A stretch of 64,000 nt of DNA from Epithemia pelagica (Eukaryota > Protista > Bacillariophyta), in NCBI GenBank assembly GCA_946965045.2, contig OX337235.1:1364001-1428000 (forward strand). The letters run 5' to 3'. The position numbers were made by a program, and so were the translations under genes. Below are positions 56,020 through 64,000 of the stretch, piece by piece. Below the pieces are notes generated by a model, which saw only the letters and a list, made by a program, of their open reading frames with translations, did no database searches and was not told the DNA's origin. The first letter of the stretch is position 1, and each line of letters starts with the position of its first letter.

Positions 56020-59000
56020 ATGATGGCATCGTCAGAACACAAAGAAAGCAGCGAAAGCTGTGAGCAGCAGTCGAGAGATGGTGGAGAAAGCGTAGTCAGA
56101 GTGTCGTCCTCGAAACCACTTCATCTTGTCAACCTGGAGTCTACCGCCAAGATATTTCCAGTTGGTACTCAGATGTATGGTAGACAAAAGGAAAAACAGA
56201 GTCTCTTAGATTGTTGGGAAAGGTGTCGTCGAACAAATTGTCAAGAGATTGTGGTGATTTCTGGGAGTCCAGGAGCAGGCAAATCGACTTTGGCAGACTC
56301 GCTCCGCCCAGTCGTGAACAAAGAGAGGCCAAGGGTATTCTTTTTGTCAGGAAAGTTTTCGGAAGTTCATCATCACCGAAAGGGACCCTTTGAAGTATTC
56401 GTGTCTGCCTTCTCGGGTTATGTGAACCAATTACTTGATTCAGGGGACCGAGAATTGATTGCAAAGTGTGGAGCTGATGTTCTAAGAGCTGTCAAGAACG
56501 ACAAGCACAGCTTAGTTCATATGATTCCGGCATTTGACCAGCTTTTCCGTGCCACGCATGACTACAAGCAGTCGAAACGTTTTACCCAAGCTTCAGGCCT
56601 TGGAGAAAAGTATCTCGGGACTGAGATGGCGAATCGACTTGGCAATACATTTTCAAATGCTGTAGCTGCGATATGTTCCCACACCCCACTTGTTCTCTTC
56701 TTGGATGACATTCAATGGGCGGATATCCCAAGTTTGGAAGTCATGAGAAGCCTATTGCAGTTCGACCAAAGTATGGCACTCCTTATTGTTACTACGGTTC
56801 GTTCTGACCCATCGAATACAGTATTGAAGGACGATGCATTTCCGCTACAACACGACAAGTCGAACAGTTCGCTGCTCGTTTCTCCCAGGTTTCATTCAGT
56901 CTTGGAGGAGATCGAACAGGATGAATCCATTCGTGCAACTTTCATTGACCTCTCGAATCTCACTTTGGCAAACATTGAAATGTTTCTTGCTGACGTTCTC
57001 GAGCGAGAGCCGGCGGATGTTCGACAGTTGGCCGAAATCGCTCTTCTTCACACACAAGGCAACATCTTCTTCTTGCTCCAGTTTCTACGTCTTCTCATCG
57101 AACAGCTGATAATTGAACGCATTGATAGCAAATGGGTATGGGAAGATTCATCTTTGCGTTCTGAGGTTGGTGAGAAAGATTCGATTTTGGATCTTGTGGG
57201 TCGCTCAATTCTGTCTCTACCTGCTCCAGTCCAAGAGACCCTTAAAATCGCAAGCTGTCTTGGTCACGAGATTGATGCCTCGGCGCTTGATCGAGTTTTG
57301 CAAACACCTGTAGAGCCTCTATTGAAGCAGGCCTACAACGAGGGCTTACTGGTATTTTCGATACAATCGGGTGGATACCGATTCTCCCATGATTTAATTC
57401 GGCATGTTGTGTTTGATTTGATTCCAGAGAAGGATATCGCTGCACTGAATCTAAAAATTGGGCGTCGTCTTCTGCGAAGCTCATCACCACAGGCAGTAGA
57501 AGAAAATATCATGATGATTGTATCATTATTGAATGCTGGCGCGGATCAAGTTGTCGATCAGCGTGAACGGTACAAAGTGGCGGAGCTCAACCTTCGCGCG
57601 GCCAAGAAGGCCTCATTGGTTCCTTCGTTCCCTGACGCAGCTCGGTATTTACGCAAAGGGATTCAGTTTCTGGGTGATGACTGCTGGAATCTCCACTATG
57701 AGCTCGCATTGGACCTCTACAGCTACTGTGCAGAGGTTGAGACGGCCAACGCAAATTTTGAAGTTGTTACACATTCCATAAATGAAGTGGTCCTTCACGG
57801 GGCTTCTTTGAATGACAAAATCAAGGCTTACTTCGCTTTGTTAAAGTCCATGGAAGTGCAAGATGACTTGAATGAGGCGACAGCTGTGTGTATTGTTGTT
57901 CTTGCCCAGCTAGGTGAACGCTTCCCCTCACGCGTTTCCAAATGGGCGGTCGTACGAGAATTTGTTCGAACCCGGTCGTTGCTTCGAGGAAAATCTGACG
58001 AAACAATATTGGCTCTCCCTTCCATGACAGATCTTCGGAAGAAACAAGCATCGGAATTCCTTTCCATGGGTTTTATGCTCGGTTGGCGCTCTAGATCTCC
58101 AATATCTGTTTTATTTGCATTTCGATCGGTGCGACTTTCCGTTCGCTATGGAATCAATGCATACTCAGCCCTTGCCTTTGCATTGTATGCCTCAACCCTT
58201 TGTGGACTGCACATCAACCATCGAGAGGGATACCGCTTCGGGAAGGTTGCGTCAAAGATATCAGAGAAATACCACTGTCCCAGAGTTGCGTCCATGACAA
58301 ACCTCATACTTGGAAACTCAGTTGTCCCTTGGACGCGTCCAGTCGAACATGGGTTTCAGAACCTCATGTATGCCTCTCAAGTTGCACTGGACACTGGTTA
58401 CGTTGCCTCGTCAGCGCAGGCTCGTACGTCAATAAACGTGCTAATGCATGTCACTGGAAAGAAACTGGTTCTCATAAGAAAAAACGTGAAAGAAGCTTTG
58501 AAATTTGCACGCTTACACAGACAGCGAGTAAGCGAGTTGTCAAATTCCGTTATACTGCAAATGGTTCACTGCTATGATGGCACGGCCGATAGTCCCTGTC
58601 ATCTGACGGGAACTGCAATAAATTTTGAGCAAAGTCTATTGAAAGGTGTCGAATCAAGCAATAAAATGGTTGTGATGCTTCTATACTACTTTTCCATGGA
58701 ACTGTCGTATGTTCATGATGATTTGTCGGAGGCAGATAGAATGGCGCAGTGCTGCATGAAGCTTTTTCACAAAGCACCATCACACAGTCTAGCGTCGACG
58801 TTGGTCGAGTTCATGAATTCCATGATTGCAGTTGCCTTGTGTCGAGCTGGTACGCGTCGTGCTCAGAATTTGCGAATGGCAAAAAGCCATTTCAAGTCTC
58901 TTTCAGCGTACTCGAAAGATTGTCCCGATAATTTTCTGCATATGAAACTGGCTCTGGAAGCAGAACTGGAGAGTTTGCGGAGTAACCCAAAGAAACGAGA

Positions 59001-59289
59001 AACCATCTGCGGGCTCTATGCTGAAGCCTTTCAGTATACCAAGAAGCAAGAGAATTTCTTCTTGAGCGCACTAATACGCGAAAAATGGGGAGACTATCTT
59101 GAAACACAGGGAGAACGGAAAAATGCCTTTTATCAATGGAACAAGTCGGCCGACTTATACGGAGAATGGGGTGCTGTGGTCAAGTGCCAAAAACTTCGGG
59201 AAAAGGTTGATGGTGAGGTTCTTTCAGGAGTTTTGTCATCCAATACCGACAAGGTCTCGGGTTTGTCACCGGAACCATGCTTCGGGTAA
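56020..59289 (+). CDS. Stand-alone STAND-class ATPase (AAA_16 type) with C-terminal helical/TPR-like region
   Basis: MYGR..E, Walker A ISGSPGAGKST, FLSGKF, Walker B LFLDDIQWAD, HTQGNIFF..QFL, ASCLG, YRFSHDLIR, HLN-like SLLN, AELNLRAAKKA; 1089 aa, intronless; no kinase or histidine-kinase domain seen. Confidence 0.82.
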   Translation: MMASSEHKESSESCEQQSRDGGESVVRVSSSKPLHLVNLESTAKIFPVGTQMYGRQKEKQSLLDCWERCRRTNCQEIVVISGSPGAGKSTLADSLRPVVNKERPRVFFLSGKFSEVHHHRKGPFEVFVSAFSGYVNQLLDSGDRELIAKCGADVLRAVKNDKHSLVHMIPAFDQLFRATHDYKQSKRFTQASGLGEKYLGTEMANRLGNTFSNAVAAICSHTPLVLFLDDIQWADIPSLEVMRSLLQFDQSMALLIVTTVRSDPSNTVLKDDAFPLQHDKSNSSLLVSPRFHSVLEEIEQDESIRATFIDLSNLTLANIEMFLADVLEREPADVRQLAEIALLHTQGNIFFLLQFLRLLIEQLIIERIDSKWVWEDSSLRSEVGEKDSILDLVGRSILSLPAPVQETLKIASCLGHEIDASALDRVLQTPVEPLLKQAYNEGLLVFSIQSGGYRFSHDLIRHVVFDLIPEKDIAALNLKIGRRLLRSSSPQAVEENIMMIVSLLNAGADQVVDQRERYKVAELNLRAAKKASLVPSFPDAARYLRKGIQFLGDDCWNLHYELALDLYSYCAEVETANANFEVVTHSINEVVLHGASLNDKIKAYFALLKSMEVQDDLNEATAVCIVVLAQLGERFPSRVSKWAVVREFVRTRSLLRGKSDETILALPSMTDLRKKQASEFLSMGFMLGWRSRSPISVLFAFRSVRLSVRYGINAYSALAFALYASTLCGLHINHREGYRFGKVASKISEKYHCPRVASMTNLILGNSVVPWTRPVEHGFQNLMYASQVALDTGYVASSAQARTSINVLMHVTGKKLVLIRKNVKEALKFARLHRQRVSELSNSVILQMVHCYDGTADSPCHLTGTAINFEQSLLKGVESSNKMVVMLLYYFSMELSYVHDDLSEADRMAQCCMKLFHKAPSHSLASTLVEFMNSMIAVALCRAGTRRAQNLRMAKSHFKSLSAYSKDCPDNFLHMKLALEAELESLRSNPKKRETICGLYAEAFQYTKKQENFFLSALIREKWGDYLETQGERKNAFYQWNKSADLYGEWGAVVKCQKLREKVDGEVLSGVLSSNTDKVSGLSPEPCFG

Positions 59290-59764
59290 CAATGCGGGCT
59301 CAGCTTTCTCCATACAAAATATCAACCGAGAGTACCGCAAATTTGTAATTCTATGTAACTTGAATATGTTTGATAGAGTAATCTATTACGTACGACATGA
59401 CCGTCCATTTATCTTATCGTACCCGGAATTGTTGGTGGATCCCCTGTTACCACACAACTTTTTCCCCTTCTGCAAAACAATACAAAGAGTTCTTGTCCAT
59501 TGACCGTCTCGTAGGTGAGTACCTTCACCCGTTTTTTACCTTACTGCCTGACAAGTTTGAAGCCGCAACACGGACAGAATCGACATTCAATTAGCGTTCA
59601 ATTGTGGTCATGGTTTCTACAAACAGTTCCGACTCCGAAGTATGGTGACCACTTGTCGGCCACCCGATGAGCGATTCTTTACAAGAATGCCACCTCTGTC
59701 TTCTTGCAATCCGCTCAAATTGTCTGTAAAACGGACACCAACGTTGGAAAGAAAGTAGGATTTC

Positions 59765-61720
59765 TCAGAGCAGTCCATGTGGACCAGAACTGCTACTTGT
59801 CGTCGTGTTGGTGCCTCCTCCAATTTCAATATGTGTCGCGTGCGCCTTGGCGTTGCTATTGCTTTTGGAATGTCTTCCGCCACCGCCACCACGAGAGTGT
59901 CGACCACCACCTCCTCTTCCTCGTCCCCGATGAGAGTCTCGTCCTCGTCCACCTCTTCCTCCTCCTCCTCCACGTCGTCGTCCACGTCCACGTCCTCCTC
60001 CCTGAGACGCTGTACTTTTACTGCCAGCACTGGTCCGCGACATTTGTTCTTCTTCTTCGTCGTCATCAACCTCCTCCACATGATTATTATTGCTGTCAGT
60101 TTTCTGGTCCTTTGCTGGTTCATTGGAATTGGACCGTTCCTCCTTTGACTGGTGGTCAGCCTCGCTGGGTTTCTCCTGCGATTGCGATTCCGACTCGGCA
60201 GGTTTTCTCCAACTTTTATTATTATTAGCTTGGTTGTCCTTATTGCGACCCGCATCCCCCCGGCCTCTTCCTCCGTCACCTCTTCCTCCTCGACCGCCTC
60301 GGCCTCGACCATGGTCGTGATGGTTGTGTGGGTCTCCTTTCCGACCCTGTTTCATGGGTCGTCCTGCTGCTCCTCCTCCCGACGATGTGCCCGGAGACGA
60401 GATGCGAACACTTCCATCCGGCAATCGTTCAATTTTGGGAGGACCACCACTACTACTACTACTCATCTTGCTACTGCTGCTGTGGTGATTGGTGTGGTCG
60501 GTGGAGGTACTGGCCAATGCCGAAACGGCCGATTCCAAGGAGGATGGTGTATGCTCGACACGATATTCCACGGTCGTTCCCTCTTCGGTCGTAATCACAT
60601 GTGTAGTGGTGGTAGCCGCATTGGTGGTGGGTGTACTTTGGGCCACGGTTTTGGTGGGTTTGGTGGTGACCGGGGTCGTCGGTTCGGTGGTGCTGGTATC
60701 GTGGGTGGTCCCCGTCGACGACGGCAAGTGTGGGACAAAATTGGCATCTCGTTTCATGATTTGGGGTCGATCCATTCGTGGTTTGTGGGAACTCGTAGTA
60801 GTAGGAGAATGAGGAGACGATCGAGAGGGTGGTGGTGCCATGCCACGACGCCAATTGTCACTGTTGGCTCCGACCGTCGTTCGATGCTGCTGCTGCTGTG
60901 GTGGTCCACCACCCGCACTACTACTCTTACTACCACTCCGTTGCGATGCTTCTTCGTCGTTGTTGTCATCGTCCTGGCTTGTCATGGCTGGCGGCACACT
61001 GGACTGGGACGATTCGTTGTGGGAGACCACCAAATCTTTGAGTGCCTTCATTTGTGAGGCTCGTCGTTGCTTGGCTTGCTGTGCTTGTTCCTCTTGGGCC
61101 TGTTCTCGTCGTTGTCGTTCCGTCGCTTCCTGTTGTTCTTGCTTGGCTCTGCGATTGGCCATCCATTGCGATCCATCGACCGCCGTGTTGTTGTTATGAT
61201 TATTGTTATTGTTGGAAGGGTGGTGGCTTGTGGGACGGGGACCCACCAAGGTTGACGCTTGTTTGGCCGCCTGTTTCCAATCGTGGGGTGGTGGTCCACG
61301 CATCGAGGAGGAGCCGCCAGGATGAGTTCCTCCACCACCACCACCCACGACAATGCGATAATTGCCACCTCCCGATCCATGCATTTTTCGTGACGACGAC
61401 ATGGTGGGTCCTCCTCGTCCTCCACGACCCTGTGATTCATAGTTGTTGTAGCGTCCACCGCCTCGATGGCCACCACCACCCCGACCCGAAGGATGATGAT
61501 GTGGTGGTTGTTGCTGTCCTCGGTTTGAAAATGTGTACCGTTCTTCGGTTCCACCACTGCCTCGACCGGACAGGACGACCTGTTGTACTTGTTGTGCCGT
61601 AATCACCACAGCATCATCATCATCCTGGTTTTGATTGTGTTGCTGTTGTTGTTGTTGTGCTTGAGAGGTATCCCCTTCTTCGTCCGACGACGAATCGTCA
61701 CCCCATCCACGATCGGCCAT
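59765..61720 (-). CDS. Intrinsically disordered RGG/RG-repeat protein with short coiled coil, probable RNA-binding
   Basis: ATG 61720 (MADRGWGDDSSSDEE). Several GRGGRGG blocks and QWMANRRAKQEQQEATERQRREQ; about 650 codons open. Confidence 0.6.
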   Translation of the reverse strand: MADRGWGDDSSSDEEGDTSQAQQQQQQHNQNQDDDDAVVITAQQVQQVVLSGRGSGGTEERYTFSNRGQQQPPHHHPSGRGGGGHRGGGRYNNYESQGRGGRGGPTMSSSRKMHGSGGGNYRIVVGGGGGGTHPGGSSSMRGPPPHDWKQAAKQASTLVGPRPTSHHPSNNNNNHNNNTAVDGSQWMANRRAKQEQQEATERQRREQAQEEQAQQAKQRRASQMKALKDLVVSHNESSQSSVPPAMTSQDDDNNDEEASQRSGSKSSSAGGGPPQQQQHRTTVGANSDNWRRGMAPPPSRSSPHSPTTTSSHKPRMDRPQIMKRDANFVPHLPSSTGTTHDTSTTEPTTPVTTKPTKTVAQSTPTTNAATTTTHVITTEEGTTVEYRVEHTPSSLESAVSALASTSTDHTNHHSSSSKMSSSSSGGPPKIERLPDGSVRISSPGTSSGGGAAGRPMKQGRKGDPHNHHDHGRGRGGRGGRGDGGRGRGDAGRNKDNQANNNKSWRKPAESESQSQEKPSEADHQSKEERSNSNEPAKDQKTDSNNNHVEEVDDDEEEEQMSRTSAGSKSTASQGGGRGRGRRRGGGGGRGGRGRDSHRGRGRGGGGRHSRGGGGGRHSKSNSNAKAHATHIEIGGGTNTTTSSSSGPHGLL

Positions 61721-62597
61721 GATACGCCAAACCTCGGTGGTTGTGTGTGTTGGTTTTGTTGTTGTTCTATGTGTTTGTGTCGATTGGTTTGTTATACCAC
61801 CACAAACCAGATGGTGCAGATTTGAGGGAAAGATACACACCCCCTGGTTTCCGTTGGATAGTGGAACCCGCTGTCTCAATCAAATCTAGAGAATGTGTCC
61901 TTTCTCGCAGAGAGCGTCGTGACCCTGGGTTCTGCGAACTCTTGTCAACACTCTGGCTGGTCTCTCTCTCTCTCTATCTCTTGTATTCGTCGTCTTCGGA
62001 TAGAACGTGTGTGCAGAGGGTTTGCTTGGTTCCCTGACCTCTTTTTCCCTTCTGATAGTGGTGTCAAGTCTCTTCAACAAAAGAACAAAAAACGCCGCCC
62101 GCACCATGTTGGAAGGGAAGTTTGGAGAGAGGGTATAAACAAAGATTTAGGGCTGGACAGGGTTTCCTAACAACTGTCGTCTATAACACTACGTTTCTCC
62201 AACTCTCCGTCCCTCCATCCGTTGTGGCTCGTCGGTCGTCCGACAAAGATCCAGTCAGTACTGCGTACGACAAACCGGGCTGGCGGACGGACCATCGCGT
62301 CACGCACCTTCAAACTTCAAACCTGCCACACCAAGATTCTTCGCGGCCATGGACGAGGACACCCTGAAATAAGGTACAGAAAGAAGAAGCAACAATAATT
62401 GTTTTGCCTTTGGTGTGTTTGGAAGACGCCCAAGGAGCAAACGTGTCATCACCATCTCAAGGACGTCTGGTTCTCTTGCCTCCGAGAAAGACTACTCCAA
62501 TCTCAACCTTTTTCGGAAGACGTGCACACAACCCAAACCACACGACAACCCTCTGTCATTCCAAGCAGTCTCTAGTCTATTGCACGACACTATTACC

Positions 62598-64000
62598 ATG
62601 GCCGAAGCCGAGACCAAACCGGATCCTCCCAAAAAGAAGGAACGTCCAGCCCAACCACCACCGCCTCCCGCCATTTCGACTGCCTATGTCTTGGTCCGCC
62701 ATGCCATTTCGTCCCTCCTGACTCCCGTCACCAGCAACAAGGACGTCCAAGCAACAGCATGGTTGGACTGTGCTCCATTTCAAGCCACCTTTCTCAAGGA
62801 AACTCCGCGATTGACGGGGAAAGTGGGAATGACGGCTTCCAAAGCCGTGGCAGCCGTGACACCCCTCCTCGACGACAAGGCACAACACCTGTCTCCTCCA
62901 CTGACGCCTACAATGTTGGTGGAAACCTTGCAAACGATACTGAATCGACTGGTCCACACCAACGACTATTCCTTGTCGTATTGTTCCGTCACGAAACAAT
63001 CCCTGCTCGAGCACTTTGGAGACGTGGAGGGAGCCAGTTTGTTGGAAGAATCGCACGTGGGCAAGAAGAGCAAAACCAAACCCACCGATTCCTTGACGCT
63101 CGTCTTGCTTCATCAAACAGACAATAACGACAATGACAGCAACCACAAAAAGCTCGTCTTTGCCTGTTTTGCTCCGGGCATTCCCTATGCATCACCCTCC
63201 ACCGCCTTGCAATCCATTGTGTTGGATGCCGCCCAATGCGATGTCAAGGCATCCAAAAAAGGATTGCTCGTGTCGGTCAAATGGGAAGCCATGCTGGCCC
63301 AAGAGGAATCGCCTGCTCTGGCCCTCCTCCAAGAGTCGGCCTTGCCCGCTACCGTACCAGTTCCCTCCGTGTCCATGGAAGGACAAGCACTCCTTCAACA
63401 AGTGCTGGAATTGCAGCAACAAGAACAACAAGCCAAAGAAGAAGCAACAGAAAAACAAGCAGCGGCAGCAACGCAACCACAAGAAATGAAGGTGGATCCC
63501 TTCAATGTCGAAGGAACGATTGATTACAACAAGTTGGTGGAACAGTTTGGATCCACCTTGATTGATCCAGACTTGCTGCAACGATTTCAAGCCTTGATTT
63601 CGTCCAAAGCGCCACAACCACAACCCTTGCATCGATTTTTGCGACGACAATTGTTTTTCTCGCATCGGGATTTGCATTCCGTGGTATCCTCCTTGGAACA
63701 AGGGACCGCACCCGTTTATTTGTATACCGGTCGTGGTCCGTCCTCGTCGGCCATGCATTTGGGACATTTGGTTCCCTTTTTGTTTACCCAGTGGTTGCAA
63801 CAAGCCTTGAATTGTCCCTTGGTCATTCAAATGACGGACGATGAAAAGTTTCTCTTCAAGGGAGAGTACGATGAAACGACGGGAGATAATTTGGACCATT
63901 TTGCGCAATTGACCATGGAAAATGCCCGAGACATTATTGCCTGTGGCTTTGATTACGACAAGACCTTTTTGTTTTCCGATTTGGAGTATGTGGGACGCAT
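62598..64000 (+). CDS. WARS: Cytosolic tryptophanyl-tRNA synthetase with a ~296-aa N-terminal extension (runs off the window)
   Basis: The frame is open from ATG 62598 to the window end, so it is absent from the ORF track. Core from 63486: VDPF...IDYNKLVEQFG, HRFLRR.LFFSHRD, YLYTGRGPSS, MHLGH (HIGH), QMTDDEKFLF, ENARDIIACGFD. Confidence 0.93.
   Translation, partial: MAEAETKPDPPKKKERPAQPPPPPAISTAYVLVRHAISSLLTPVTSNKDVQATAWLDCAPFQATFLKETPRLTGKVGMTASKAVAAVTPLLDDKAQHLSPPLTPTMLVETLQTILNRLVHTNDYSLSYCSVTKQSLLEHFGDVEGASLLEESHVGKKSKTKPTDSLTLVLLHQTDNNDNDSNHKKLVFACFAPGIPYASPSTALQSIVLDAAQCDVKASKKGLLVSVKWEAMLAQEESPALALLQESALPATVPVPSVSMEGQALLQQVLELQQQEQQAKEEATEKQAAAATQPQEMKVDPFNVEGTIDYNKLVEQFGSTLIDPDLLQRFQALISSKAPQPQPLHRFLRRQLFFSHRDLHSVVSSLEQGTAPVYLYTGRGPSSSAMHLGHLVPFLFTQWLQQALNCPLVIQMTDDEKFLFKGEYDETTGDNLDHFAQLTMENARDIIACGFDYDKTFLFSDLEYVGR

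Noticed and set aside
1-64000. tRNA, rRNA, LTR/LINE or DNA-transposase sequences
   Set aside because: None recognised by eye (no cloverleaf, RT/integrase/DDE motifs or long terminal repeats). tRNAscan-SE/Infernal/RepeatModeler would be needed to exclude them formally.

Overview
Eukaryotic nuclear DNA, most likely from a (pennate) diatom. The evidence is short GT-AG introns, a bipartite plastid-targeting presequence, a bZIP-PAS factor and diatom-style low-complexity proteins. About 27 protein-coding loci were reconstructed by hand from the ORF track plus splice sites. The housekeeping genes are L-aspartate oxidase, NDUFB8, an LMBR1-like protein, DGDG synthase, RPS15A, RPL35A, CTP synthase, an amino-acid permease and cytosolic TrpRS (truncated by the window end). 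The most striking content is a six-gene family of predicted secreted proteins (A 803-2877, B 6068-7964, C 9264-10900, D 24027-26106, E 29017-32305, F 51079-51924). They carry nine copies of a ~170-190 aa six-cysteine domain that I cannot assign to a named family. In A-E the domain is followed by Pro/Ser/Thr mucin-like linkers and a Lys/Gly/Ser-rich tail with two positionally conserved lone cysteines and RXL/dibasic candidate processing sites. In D that site sits on an 18-nt in-frame micro-exon. This looks like a modular extracellular-matrix system (biosilica or adhesive) growing by symmetric-exon duplication; the function is inference only. Two disrupted loci lie inside the cluster: an SGNH-like gene and a Crinkler/RHS-type NTPase+nuclease. 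No rRNA, tRNA, CRISPR array or intact transposon was recognised. All family assignments come from motif recognition by eye, without database searches.
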